Shown: in pieces, positions 47,890-58,496 of the stretch
Position numbering within the stretch: the stretch's first letter is position 1
How the letters are laid out: each line of letters begins with the position of its first letter
From: Acidobacteriota bacterium
GTDB lineage: Bacteria > Acidobacteriota > UBA890 > WLXD01
Direction: 5' to 3'
DNA: 64,000 nt
Assembly (NCBI GenBank): GCA_965248695.1
Contig: CBDFKD010000002.1
Span: 2,272,001-2,336,000 of the forward strand
Made by a program: the position numbers and the translations under genes
The notes under the pieces: model-generated
What the model was told of the DNA's origin: nothing
What the model saw: the letters and a program-made list of their open reading frames with translations, nothing else
The model's database searches: none

Positions 47890-49175
47890 CGGTGATCTTC
47901 GCGATCACCGCCAGCCTGGCGATGCTGGCGCTCTTGCCGATTCCGTTGATCATCTTCGGCGCCTTCTGGTTCCAGCGCCGACTGGCACCGCGCTACGCCG
48001 CTGCGCGAGACGCTGCCGGAACGCTGTCGGCACGGCTCAACAACAACCTGTACGGCATGGCCACCATCCAGGCGTATACGGCGGAGGATTTCGAAGCCGA
48101 GCACCTGCGCGTCGCGTCGGACGCCTACCGCGCCCGCAACGCCGATGCCATCCGGTTTGCTGCCGCCATCAATCCGGTGATCCGCATGGCGGTGCTGACG
48201 GGCTTCATCGCCACCCTGCTGTACGGCGGCATCCTGGCTCTGCGCGGCGACATCGGCGTGGGCAGCTACTCCGCGCTCGTCTACCTCACCCAGCGACTGC
48301 TCTGGCCCCTCACGCAGATGGCCGAGCTGACCGACCTGTACAACCGCGCCATGGCCTCGGTGACTCGGATCATGGATCTCCTCGACACTCCGGCTCCGAC
48401 TGCGCCCGACACACCGCTACCCCCAGATGTGACCGCGACGCTCGCGTTCGAGGATCTGCACTTTGCGTACGACGGCAAACCGGCGATCCGCGGAATCGAC
48501 TTCCGCGTCGCCTCCGGTGCCACGGTAGCGCTGGTCGGTGCCACCGGCGGCGGCAAGAGCACGGTGCTCAAGCTGCTGATGCGCTTCCTCGACGTCGGCA
48601 GCGGCAGCATCATGCTCGACGGCGAGGACATCAGCCGCTACGACGCTCGCTCGCTGCGCGAGGCGATCGGCTACGTCGCACAAGATCCGTTTCTCACCGA
48701 CGGCACCGTTGCCGAGAACATTGCCTACGGTGAGCCCGATCCGAACATGGCCGCGGTGGAGAACGCCGCCCGCGCCGCCGAGGTCCACGACTTCGTCCAG
48801 ACACTGCCGGATGCGTATCTGAGCCTGGTGGGCGAGCGCGGCGCCCAGCTGTCCGGCGGCCAGCGGCAACGCATCGCTCTGGCACGAGCGCTCTACCGCG
48901 ATCCGGCGATCCTGGTTCTCGATGAGGCGACATCGGCGGTGGACAACAAGACTGAGGCCGCGATCCAGCGCTCCCTGGCCGGCGCTGCTCGCGGCCGTAC
49001 CACGCTGGTGGTCGCCCACCGCCTCTCGACGATCCGCCACGCCGACGCTATCCACGTATTGGACAAGGGACGCATCGTCGAGAGCGGCACACACGATGAG
49101 CTCGTCGCCCGGGACGGGCCGTACGCGGCGCTCTGGCGATTGCAAACAGGCACGGCGGCAGACAAGACGTGCTGA
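47890..49175 (+). pseudogene. ABC transporter permease/ATPase, 5' truncated
   Basis: GATGGGKST, LSGGQRQR, LVLDEATS; first transmembrane helices missing at the prophage junction. Confidence 0.8.
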
Positions 49176-49249
49176 TCCGCCGGGGGTGGAGCGCCCTGAC
49201 CCCAAATCTCGTGTCTCGGCCCAGAACCCGCCGGACCAGCTACTCCGGA

Positions 49250-49668
49250 AGGATCGAATCGTGCCTCCCACATGGCGTCGCTGATGAGCGCCACCGCAGG
49301 ACCACCGCTCCGGTGTTCCGACTCGGAGAACACGCGGCCGATTGCCAGCTCGATGCCCAGCAGGTCCAGGTACTGATCGGCCATCAGCAGCGACAGCGTG
49401 CGTTCGGCCTCACCTGTGCCCGAGACGTTGAACGTGCGACCCCGGTACGTGGCGAGCGCCTCGAACGCCGTCGTCTGCTCGCGCCAATCAATGGTGTTGG
49501 CCATCGATAGCTGCCCGCGCGCGATTCCGCGCTCCGGCGACACCCCGAACAGGCGCACGAGTTGCTGAGGTTCTTCAAAGGGCAAGGATCTCAGAATCGT
49601 GGCGTCGATGACGGTGTACATCGCCGTCGTCGCGCCGATCCCAATCGACAGCGTCAGTGCGGACGCTG
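49250..49668 (-). pseudogene. N-proximal fragment of an ADOP-type ABC permease
   Basis: LTLSIGIGATTAMYTVIDATILRSLPF..VALISDAMWEARF. Confidence 0.75.
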
Positions 49669-49712
49669 CCCCGCCCGCGCTCTCGGCGTCCCGGCTTCGC
49701 CTACGCCGGTGT

Positions 49713-51374
49713 TCAATCGAGGGCCGCCACCGCCGCCGCGAGCTTGCGGTCGTACAACGAACACGATTTCGATCTCAGTCCGCTGCCGGCAACGACTTCG
49801 GTCCCCAGGTCCAGGTGGGGGTCGGTTGCCGCCGAATAGGTCGGCCACTCCGGCCGGCCCGGCCCGTTGGGATCGCCAGAAGTGGCGAACTGCACCCAAT
49901 ACGCGGCCATCGTCGCGGCCAGCTCGTGGTCGACCGGCTCCAGTGGCATCCAGGCTTGGGTGTGCAGGTTGTCGAAGGCGTAGGGAATCTCGGCGCCGTG
50001 GTAGGCACCGAGCTGATCCCCGCCGGCGCCGGGGACCACACGCGAGAAGTTGTAGAGGTAGGTGCGGCCGCCGTAGTCAGCGCTGGCACGCGCCATGAAC
50101 CTGGAGGGGCACAGGAAGAAATCCTCGGTCTGCCAGCGAGAGTTGGCCTCGGCCACGGCATCCTCGTGATCCACGTCGTACAGCGCCAGTGCCTCGCCGG
50201 CGAGCTCGCCATAAACTTGCCGGAGCGCTGACCGGTGAGCGGAGAGGTCTGGATTGCCCATCAACGGCGCCAGGGTCGTCCACTCGTCGGCGTTGGCCCC
50301 AATCATCAGCGGGACCGCGGCAAACCGGCCTTCAGCGAAGAGGCGAGCCGGGACATCAGGCAGCGCCCAGCCATCGACAGGGGGCAATGTGAGACTCGGA
50401 ATCGCCGCAGCCGCAGTCAGGACCCGCTGCGCCGGAACTTCTCGCAAGGCGTCGATTGTGTCCGGTCCGGTCTGCCCGGAGGCATCGATCCCCAGGTCGC
50501 GCACGAGCGTCTCGCCGCGAGCTTCGGCGTCGGCGAGCAGCGAGAAGTCGTTGATCTGGTAGCCACCGCTCTGCGAGATCACTCCATGAAATAGGCCCTC
50601 GGCCAGCGGGGAGGTCATCAGATAGCCGACATTGCCCCCGCCGGCCGATTCCCCGAAAATCGTCACCCGCGTCGGATCTCCACCGAAGACTGCGCCGTTG
50701 CGTTGCACCCATCGCAACGCCTCGATCTGATCGAGCAACCCGTAATTGCCAGACGAGCCGTGCGATGACTCGGCGCTCAGCGCCGGATGTGCCAGATAGC
50801 CGAAGGGACCGAGCCGGTAGGCACTCGACACCACCACGACGCCCTGACGAGCGAGGTTGGCACCGTCGTATGCGAATTCGCCGGTCCCGCCAGTGGTGTT
50901 GCCACCACCGTGAATCCAGACCATGACCGGTAGCGGCTGGTCGCCCTGCCAGTTGGGGGTCCAGATATTCAGGTACAGGCAGTCTTCGCTGACCTCACCG
51001 AGCGGCTGAACGACAGAGGGGTCGGCACCGTAGGCATCGGAGATGATGCGATTGAACTCGACACTGCCGCCGATCTGCATGCACGCGGGGGCGTTGGGCG
51101 TGGCGTCTCGCACCCCCTCCCACAGCTCCACCGGAGCGGGCGCCTGCCAGCGTCGCTCGCCCACCGGAGGAGCAGCGAACGGAATGCCCATGAAGACTGC
51201 CTCGCCTGCCAGCTCGCCCTGGGCGCCTTCCAACTCACCGGCGTCAACCACCGCCAGTGGTCCCCTATCGACTGCCAAGCCGGACGCCCCTTCTCCGGTG
51301 ACGTTGCATCCCACCGTGAGCAGGAGGATCCCCGCCGTAGTCATCGTCAGACGCGCCGCTTTCCCGTTCCGCAT
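49713..51374 (-). CDS. Type-B carboxylesterase (lipoprotein)
   Basis: GIPFAAPPVG, SEDCLYLN, WIHGG, FGESAG. Confidence 0.93.
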   Translation of the reverse strand: MRNGKAARLTMTTAGILLLTVGCNVTGEGASGLAVDRGPLAVVDAGELEGAQGELAGEAVFMGIPFAAPPVGERRWQAPAPVELWEGVRDATPNAPACMQIGGSVEFNRIISDAYGADPSVVQPLGEVSEDCLYLNIWTPNWQGDQPLPVMVWIHGGGNTTGGTGEFAYDGANLARQGVVVVSSAYRLGPFGYLAHPALSAESSHGSSGNYGLLDQIEALRWVQRNGAVFGGDPTRVTIFGESAGGGNVGYLMTSPLAEGLFHGVISQSGGYQINDFSLLADAEARGETLVRDLGIDASGQTGPDTIDALREVPAQRVLTAAAAIPSLTLPPVDGWALPDVPARLFAEGRFAAVPLMIGANADEWTTLAPLMGNPDLSAHRSALRQVYGELAGEALALYDVDHEDAVAEANSRWQTEDFFLCPSRFMARASADYGGRTYLYNFSRVVPGAGGDQLGAYHGAEIPYAFDNLHTQAWMPLEPVDHELAATMAAYWVQFATSGDPNGPGRPEWPTYSAATDPHLDLGTEVVAGSGLRSKSCSLYDRKLAAAVAALD

Positions 51375-51528
51375 TGGAAGTCCTTTAGTTGGTCAGGCCG
51401 AGTTCTCCTAGTCGCTGGGACTCGGAGCTACGTTTTCAACGACCTGACACGAGTGGCCGGTTCAGCCGATTTTCTCCCAGAAGCCAGCAATGGACGGCGT
51501 CAAAACCGCGTCGACGGGTGGCGACCAC

Positions 51529-53010
51529 TTATTGAACGACGGTCCTGAAGTCAGCCGTGTAGACGCGGCCGGCACGCTTCACCTGGACCCAGATCCGATA
51601 GTCCCCTGGCTGCGGGAAGGCATACGGGAAAGCCACACGGCCGGGCTCATCAACCTGACCCCTATGGGCAGCTGTCACGTTACGACGCGCGCTGGCCACC
51701 ATGAGGGCGCCCATCGAGATGCTGCCGGTCGGGTGCAGGTGCACGAAGACCTGGCCGTCCGTGCGGGTGATGGCGCTGTGCGACAGCATGCCCATGTAGG
51801 GTTCGAGCGCAGCCGGCTGTCCGGACCCGTCGCTCACATGGAACTCGAGCGTCAGATCCTCGCCAGTAGCGATGGAGCTGGCAGGGCGGAGCCACCGAAC
51901 CTCCGTGTCGTCGTCGAATTTCACTGAATCACCGTCGTGGACACCGACCGTCCAAGAATCGTCGGGATCCAGCGGCGGCAACCCCACCGGCGCAGGCACG
52001 GCGACCGACGCCGTGAGCTCACCGCCCGGTACGGGCGGGCTCGGGAGCTCGATCTGGTTCACCAGGGTCTGACTGAAGCCGCTCTCGTGCACGATGTCGG
52101 CGTAGATTCGGTAGTTCCCCTGTGGGAGCGGCGGCACCTGCAGCCGGAAGCTGGAATCGTCCGTTCGCACCGGGTGGACGTGAGCGAAGGCACCGAGATC
52201 CTCGCGTACGAGGAACATGTGCATGAGCTTTCCGTGATCGGGCACCAGGGGTGACCAGCCGCCTTCGATCCAGCGCTGATCGGTGATCGCCAGATCGAGT
52301 ACCCCCATCCCGTCGAGGGTTTCGACCGTCGCCGCAGTGGGCATCGGTTCGAAGATGGCTCGTCGGTAGGCGGCGTCGATGCCACTCCACCAGTACCACC
52401 CGGCCCATAGCATGCCCGCCAGCAAGACCGTGCCGACGGCTCCGACGATGCGCCCGCGCCAGCGACGCCGCGAATCCGCCTCGTCGCCCGGCGCCAGGGT
52501 GCTCTCACGCACGCTGGCCCCGAGGATGGTGACCGCGCCAGCGAACAGGAACAGTCCCATAGCGAAGAGCATGACGCCGTACCAGCGTTCCATGTCAAGC
52601 GTCTCGCGGCGGATCGACTCGAACGGTACGAGCGCGCGGCCCTCGCCTTCGGGGCCCTGGATCGTCACCTCGACGCTGTGGGCGCCGGAGGTCATCAGCC
52701 ACAGCTCGGCCGAGTACAGCTCGCTATCTCCGGGAACGGGCACAGCCGGCTCGGCCGGCGGCGCGCCCTCGGCGCCGACATTCCAGCGAAACAGCCGGAT
52801 GCTCATGGCATCGATCGGCGCCTGCAGTCTGATCGCGATCTCCGCCAAGCCAGGCACCACGCCCGGCGGACGAATGACGACGCGGAGTGGGTACGGCCCG
52901 GCCATCCCCTCGAAGAAAATGTTCGGGCTGCCAACATGAGCCGCGGCCGACGGAGCGCCGAGCAATGTGGCCAATAGAGCCAACGCCACGGCAACGCGGG
53001 CGACAACCAC
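51529..53010 (-). CDS. Hypothetical membrane-anchored, possibly metal-binding protein
   Basis: AHVGSP, DHGKLMH, FAHVHP, FVHLHP, FPQPGDYRIWVQ. Confidence 0.75.
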   Translation of the reverse strand: MVVARVAVALALLATLLGAPSAAAHVGSPNIFFEGMAGPYPLRVVIRPPGVVPGLAEIAIRLQAPIDAMSIRLFRWNVGAEGAPPAEPAVPVPGDSELYSAELWLMTSGAHSVEVTIQGPEGEGRALVPFESIRRETLDMERWYGVMLFAMGLFLFAGAVTILGASVRESTLAPGDEADSRRRWRGRIVGAVGTVLLAGMLWAGWYWWSGIDAAYRRAIFEPMPTAATVETLDGMGVLDLAITDQRWIEGGWSPLVPDHGKLMHMFLVREDLGAFAHVHPVRTDDSSFRLQVPPLPQGNYRIYADIVHESGFSQTLVNQIELPSPPVPGGELTASVAVPAPVGLPPLDPDDSWTVGVHDGDSVKFDDDTEVRWLRPASSIATGEDLTLEFHVSDGSGQPAALEPYMGMLSHSAITRTDGQVFVHLHPTGSISMGALMVASARRNVTAAHRGQVDEPGRVAFPYAFPQPGDYRIWVQVKRAGRVYTADFRTVVQ

Positions 53011-53030
53011 CTTGACGGCGCGGGAAGGGC

Positions 53031-54182
53031 TCAACGCTGAACGCGCTCCATCCAACCGCCCCAGCTCAGCCCGAGGCGAGCCGAAAACACGGCGATACCG
53101 GCAGCGATGGTCATCCCGGTGACGTTCGCGTTGCGTCCCCAGAAGGAAAACCACCAGTCGCCGGGTTGCGCCATGTACGAGAAGCGGTCGGCCACGAAGA
53201 AGGCGTTGCGGCCCACCGACGTCAGCAGCAAGCTGCCCATCATCCACTGAACCACCAGATGCACGGCGAGAAACACGACGCCCACCGCAAGGGCTTGCAG
53301 CCAGCGCGATCGTGCCGAGAAACGCCGCAACAGCAGATCGATGGCGAGCGCCGGCACCACGAGCAGAAGGGGGAAGCTCGGCGGAACCATGCGGGTCACC
53401 GGGTTGTAGATCGGCGCCAGCATCGGTGTAGCCGGGAACATCTGCAGGATGAGGATCATGCCGATCTTGAACGCCATGTAGATGCCGGCGGCCGTGGTCG
53501 CCGGCCACCGCAGGCCACCTCCCTTGGCGGCGCCCACCAGCAAGAACGGAAACAGGATCGCGCTGACGGTGAAGAACTCCTGGCTGTGCCACTGGTTCGG
53601 TCGTGCCAGGTACTCGGACGCTGCAGTCTCGAGGCAGAGCATCAAGACGGCCAGCGCGTAGGCGTAGATCCACGGCAGCAAACGGTCCTGCGGGAACCGG
53701 TTCTGCCTGGCGAGCGCCATGACCAGCGCCCCGGCCTGGATAGCCATGATCCCGAGCAGCAGCACCACGTGCGGTGGGCTCAAGATCTCGACGTCCAGAC
53801 CATAGGCGGCGTGCCACCAGTCGTCGAAGGGGGCTGATGTGATCATCGCCAGGGCCCCCCAGATGCACAGCCAAGCCCCCATCGGACCGTAGAACCAGCG
53901 CCAGAACCGAACCGCCGAGGCCCGCTTTTCCGCCGGCGCGACGAACGACAACCACAGGACGTGACCGCCGCAGGAAAGGCCGGCGACGATCCCGCCCAGA
54001 TAAATCGCCAGATGCGCCGGGGTCCAGAACGTGTCACGGCCGATGGTCATGTGCCACGAAATGTCCCAGATCGCTCCCACCAGCACGGATGTCGAGGCGA
54101 AAACAACGGCCCAGAGAAACCAGGGGACGGCAGCGGGTCGGGGTGCTACGAACGAGTCGAGGCGCTCCGCAGCAATGCTCAT
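53031..54182 (-). CDS. Polytopic membrane protein
   Basis: WDISWH..GRDTFWTPAH and DDWWH..SPPH repeats; about 10 transmembrane segments. Confidence 0.8.
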   Translation of the reverse strand: MSIAAERLDSFVAPRPAAVPWFLWAVVFASTSVLVGAIWDISWHMTIGRDTFWTPAHLAIYLGGIVAGLSCGGHVLWLSFVAPAEKRASAVRFWRWFYGPMGAWLCIWGALAMITSAPFDDWWHAAYGLDVEILSPPHVVLLLGIMAIQAGALVMALARQNRFPQDRLLPWIYAYALAVLMLCLETAASEYLARPNQWHSQEFFTVSAILFPFLLVGAAKGGGLRWPATTAAGIYMAFKIGMILILQMFPATPMLAPIYNPVTRMVPPSFPLLLVVPALAIDLLLRRFSARSRWLQALAVGVVFLAVHLVVQWMMGSLLLTSVGRNAFFVADRFSYMAQPGDWWFSFWGRNANVTGMTIAAGIAVFSARLGLSWGGWMERVQR

Positions 54183-54249
54183 CGTCCGGCTCCGTATCCT
54201 GTTCCGTATGTCCTGTTCACTAGACTCATTACACGTTCTACATCGCCAG

Positions 54250-55140
54250 CTAAGCGCGACACGCGTCGACGCCCGCCTTCAGTGACGTCATCGGATCGTT
54301 TACCGGAATGAACTCTTGACCAAGGTAGCCATTGAAGCCGGCCTCCACGATCGCCTCGCAAATGGCGCGGTAGTTGAGCTCCTGGGTCTCATCGATCTCA
54401 TGGCGGCCTGGCACGCCCCCGGTGTGGAAGTGCGCGATGTGCTCGATGTTCTCCTGGATAGTAGCGATGACGTCACCCTCCATGATCTGCATGTGGAAGA
54501 TGTCGTAGAGGAGCTTGAACCGCTCCGACGCCACACGCTGAACCAGCTCTACGCCCCACGGCGTGAGATCGCACATGTAGTCCGGGTGGCTGCGCTTACT
54601 GTTGAGCAGCTCCATGCAAACCGTGACGCCGAGCTCTTCGGCCAGCGGAACGATTCGCCGCATGCCAGTGACGCAATTCGCCAGCCCCTCGGCGTCCGAC
54701 ATGCCGTCGCGGTTGCCGGAGAAAACGATCATGTTGGGCAGGCCCGCGGCAGCCACCAGCGGCAGCCGCTCTTCGGATTTCGCCACCAGGTCGTCGTGCA
54801 GCTCAAGCCGGTTCCAGCCCCGCGGGATGCCGCCCGGGCCGTTGGCCATGGCACAGGTAAGCCCGTGCGCATGCACCGCCGGCCAGTCCTCCGGGTCCAG
54901 CAGCTCCACCGAGTGCATGCCGAAGGACACTGCGTTCCTGGCCAGCTCGTCGACGCTGATGTCCGGGTAGCACCACTTGCAGACGGAGTGCTTGAGGCCT
55001 CCGCTCGATTCGGTCTGAGAACGCCGCGCTGCGACCGGTCGACCTTCTGCGGGAACAGCTGCCGCCAGAGCGACTCCGGCGGCAGTGCCCGCCACGATGC
55101 GAGCTGCCTCCCGTCGCGTCAGCGGCTGGTTGTTGCGCAC
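54250..55140 (-). CDS. Hydroxypyruvate isomerase-like TIM barrel, Tat signal
   Basis: TRREA, CMELLNS, LYDIFHMQIMEG, VPGRHE; AAGGAGG RBS + GTG. Confidence 0.9.
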   Translation of the reverse strand: MRNNQPLTRREAARIVAGTAAGVALAAAVPAEGRPVAARRSQTESSGGLKHSVCKWCYPDISVDELARNAVSFGMHSVELLDPEDWPAVHAHGLTCAMANGPGGIPRGWNRLELHDDLVAKSEERLPLVAAAGLPNMIVFSGNRDGMSDAEGLANCVTGMRRIVPLAEELGVTVCMELLNSKRSHPDYMCDLTPWGVELVQRVASERFKLLYDIFHMQIMEGDVIATIQENIEHIAHFHTGGVPGRHEIDETQELNYRAICEAIVEAGFNGYLGQEFIPVNDPMTSLKAGVDACRA

Positions 55141-55247
55141 GGTTCCTCCTTGGGCTGGACGAGTGTCCGACATCGTAGCAAGGTGCCGAGACTCTCAAGC
55201 TACTGCTGACACGTCCCCAGCGCCAGCCGGGTTCGAGACCGAGGGAC

Positions 55248-56759
55248 ATGGTTATGAACCGCCGTCGAGCAATCCACCACCTGGCGACAACTGCCGCGGG
55301 GCTTGGCGTTGCCGCCCGTTGCGCCAGGGCTGAAAGCGCGTTTCGCAGCGAGGAGGGAGCTTCGACCGACCCGCTTCTCGCGGGCTCGTGGCAAAGCACC
55401 GAAACACTGGTGCGGGGCGGGCGGGTCATCAATGCCGACGGCAGCCAGAACGCCGATGTGCGGATCCTTGGGGACACCATCGTCGAGGTGGGTCCCAACC
55501 TTCTTGTCGGTGCCGAGGCGCACATCATCGACGCTTCCGGCCATTTGGTTATCCCGGGCGGCGTCGACCCGCATACGCACATGCAGGGCTCGTTCGTCGA
55601 CGACCTCACCACCGGCACCTCCGCCGCGCTGGCCGGCGGCACCACGACGGTCGGAACGTTCGCCTATCCCCGCGACGACGAGAACGCAGTCGAGGCGCTC
55701 GACCGTTGTCTCGCGGAGGTCAGCGCGAGCGCCATTGGCGACGTCTTCTTCCACGGCTTCACCTGGCCGCCGAGCTCGGACTTCGCCGCGCTAATGCCCG
55801 AGCTCGCCGCACGCGGACAGCCGAGCCACAAGATCTTCATGACACAGTCCGATTTCGGACAGCATCGGTCAACGTTGATCGAGGTGCTGGAGGCAGCTCG
55901 GGACGCCGGAGTCGTCACGCTGATGCACTGCGAGGACGGCGCCATGCTGGAGGCAACGCTCCGACGTCTGCGCCACGAAGGCCGAACGGCGCTGCGCCAC
56001 TACGCCGAGAGCCGCCCCGAGATCGCCGAGATCGCGGCTACCCAGGAGGCCGTTGCGCTGTGCGAGCTCACCGGGGCGCCGATGCATCTGGTGCATCTGT
56101 CATCGGCACGCGCCCTGGACGCCGCTCGCACACCGTCGCGCGCCAGCCTGCCGCTCAGCATTGAGACCCGGCCCCTGTATCTGTACTTCACCGACGACTC
56201 CCTGCTTGGCGAAGACGGGCCACGCTACGTCGGACAGCCGCCGCTACGGTCGGGCGTCGATCTTGACGCGATGTGGCGCGGCCTGGCGGATGGACGCATC
56301 GATTTTCTTGCCACCGACCACGCTCCGTGGATGCGAGCCCAGAAGATGGATCCAGAGCTCGACGTGGGCAGGCTGCGTCCGGGCGTCAGCGACCTCCGCT
56401 TCATGCGGCCGTTGCTGTTCTCGGAGGGCGTCCGCAAGGGACGAATCTCCGAGGAACGGTTCGTCGAGGTAACGTCGACCGCCGCCGCCCGGACCTTCGG
56501 GCTCTACCCGGAGCGTGGAGTCATCCGTGAAGGCTCGATCGCCGACGTGGTGATCTTCAATCCGACGCTCGAGCGCGTCGCCAGCGCCACCGACGACCCC
56601 TCGCGCTCCGACTACACCCCGTTCGAAGGCTGGACCGTCACCGGCTGGCCGCTGGTCACCATCCGCCGCGGGGAGGTCGTGTACGAGGACGGGCGCGTCA
56701 CCGCCGAGCCTGGGAGCGGCAGGGCGGTGGCAAGGCGCCCCAGGGACCACAGCGGCTGA
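55248..56759 (+). CDS. Dihydropyrimidinase/hydantoinase-like amidohydrolase
   Basis: PGGVDPHTH, MHCED, VHLS, ATDHAP. Confidence 0.88.
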   Translation: MVMNRRRAIHHLATTAAGLGVAARCARAESAFRSEEGASTDPLLAGSWQSTETLVRGGRVINADGSQNADVRILGDTIVEVGPNLLVGAEAHIIDASGHLVIPGGVDPHTHMQGSFVDDLTTGTSAALAGGTTTVGTFAYPRDDENAVEALDRCLAEVSASAIGDVFFHGFTWPPSSDFAALMPELAARGQPSHKIFMTQSDFGQHRSTLIEVLEAARDAGVVTLMHCEDGAMLEATLRRLRHEGRTALRHYAESRPEIAEIAATQEAVALCELTGAPMHLVHLSSARALDAARTPSRASLPLSIETRPLYLYFTDDSLLGEDGPRYVGQPPLRSGVDLDAMWRGLADGRIDFLATDHAPWMRAQKMDPELDVGRLRPGVSDLRFMRPLLFSEGVRKGRISEERFVEVTSTAAARTFGLYPERGVIREGSIADVVIFNPTLERVASATDDPSRSDYTPFEGWTVTGWPLVTIRRGEVVYEDGRVTAEPGSGRAVARRPRDHSG

Positions 56760-56865
56760 GACGCGGCGGCTGAGACGTAGCGATGTCTACACGATCAACT
56801 CCCACATCACATGTCGATTCAGGCAAACTCGCGGCCATCGACCCAGAAACCGAGGCAATCGTCAG

Positions 56866-57273
56866 ATGAAGAGAGTGGTTGGGCTAGGCGGGGTCTTCTT
56901 CAAAGCTCAGGATCGCGATCGCCTGATGAGCTGGTATCGCGACCGTCTGGGGATCGCCTCTGATCCGTACGGGTTCATGTTCCGCTGGAAGGAAGACGCC
57001 GCACCGGCGCGCACCGGCTACACCGTGTGGAATCCGTTCGCCGCCGACACTGAATACTTCGGGCCCAGCACGCAGCCCTTCATGTTCAACTACCGAGTCA
57101 ACGATCTGACGGCGCTGATCGGCGCGCTGGAGAACGAAGGCGTGAAGATCGTCGGCGGAATCGAGGAGCACGAGAACGGCAAGTTCGCTTGGATTCTCGA
57201 CCCCGAGGGAAACAAGATCGAGCTCTGGGAGCCCATCGATCCACGGAAAGATCCCTACTTGGCCGACGACTGA
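56866..57273 (+). CDS. VOC/glyoxalase family protein
   Basis: GLGGVFFK, NYRVNDL, WILDPEGNKIELWEP. Confidence 0.9.
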   Translation: MKRVVGLGGVFFKAQDRDRLMSWYRDRLGIASDPYGFMFRWKEDAAPARTGYTVWNPFAADTEYFGPSTQPFMFNYRVNDLTALIGALENEGVKIVGGIEEHENGKFAWILDPEGNKIELWEPIDPRKDPYLADD

Positions 57274-57359
57274 GGCCCGAGCAGGTAGGCCGACTCCGCC
57301 GGGCCGTAGAGGTCACCTGGCTTCCGCCGGAGCAGGAACAGACGATCGGCCCGGAAAGC

Positions 57360-57665
57360 TTACGCCCCCCGGTCAAGCGCGCAGCGCTCACTAGCGTCGC
57401 GACGACTGGGCTTGATGCGATAGACGCAGCGATCATCGCCCGAGAGGAGATGGGCGACGCGCTCCACCTCCAGGTCGTGTCCCAGGGAATCCCGGAACAC
57501 GTCGAGCTCGGCAGCGCACAGACCGGTGCAGCTCTCGGCGGCTTCGCAGATCGGGCAATGATGCTCAATGAGCAGATACTGGCCCTTCCCCTCGCTGCGG
57601 ACTTCCGCCATGTAGCCCTCGCGCGAGCGCTGGCTTGCAAGCGCCACGACACGAGCCCGCCAGCT
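57360..57665 (-). pseudogene. C-terminal fragment of a SufR-like metalloregulator
   Basis: EGYMAE, IEHHCPIC, LCAAEL, CVYRI; HTH absent. Confidence 0.75.
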
Positions 57666-57916
57666 GCCCACGTCGGCACCGACGATTCCTACCTCGCTCT
57701 GTTTGAGGGCAGCCCGTCCCCGGTCGGCATGAACTATGAGACGATCGGCTTCAATCACTTCGGCGTCGTCGTCGACAGCCTGGAGGAAGCCAGGCGCGGC
57801 TTCATGACCTCGGTGCCAAGATCCATTTCGAGCCCGACTACGAGCCCGGGAAGCGAGCCTATTTCACGGATCCTGATGGCTACGAGGTGGAGCTGGTCGA
57901 ATATCCCCCGGCGTGA
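57666..57916 (+). pseudogene. VOC family fragment, 5' truncated and frameshifted
   Basis: HVGTDDSYLAL, NHFGVVVD, then YEPGKRAYFTDPDGYEVELV. Confidence 0.7.
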
Positions 57917-57926
57917 TGAACGTCAT

Positions 57927-58481
57927 GTGACGGGCGTGCCCGTGCTTCTCGGCGCGGTCGGGGCGATCCTCCTGCTCGGCTGGCAGTCAACCGGCCCGCC
58001 GGTTGCAATCCAGCTGGTTACCCACAGCTTCGTGGTGATTGACCGCCCGGCTTCGGCAATCTGGCCCCACATCGTCGATACCAGCCGCTGGAAACAGGGT
58101 CTCTCGCTGCGACACATGGGTGGAGAGGTCGGAGCCGTCGGGGAGGTCTTTGGTGCATTCGACCCCGAGGACCCGGACACGATCGCCTATCTGCTCACCA
58201 ATGTAGAGCTCATCCCCGATGAGCGACGGACGATCAAGTTGTCCGAGCTCGAGCACGGCACCCTGATCGGTTACGCCACATGGAACTTGACCGATGATGG
58301 CGGCCGTACCCGAGTGTCGTACGACGTCTATGCAGAGACCCGGCTGCCGCCCGCCGAGGGTTCTGGGCTGACGCCGCAACAGCTCGCAGAGATGACGCGA
58401 GACGGACACGCAATCAGCCAGGCCCGATTCGACCGCGAACTGCAAGCACTCAAGGCTCTTGTCGAAGACGCCGACCCGTAG
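57927..58481 (+). CDS. SRPBCC family protein
   Basis: VVIDRPASAIWPHI, GGRTRVSY, LQALKALVE. Confidence 0.7.
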   Translation: MTGVPVLLGAVGAILLLGWQSTGPPVAIQLVTHSFVVIDRPASAIWPHIVDTSRWKQGLSLRHMGGEVGAVGEVFGAFDPEDPDTIAYLLTNVELIPDERRTIKLSELEHGTLIGYATWNLTDDGGRTRVSYDVYAETRLPPAEGSGLTPQQLAEMTRDGHAISQARFDRELQALKALVEDADP

Positions 58482-58496
58482 CCGGCCCCGCTGAAG

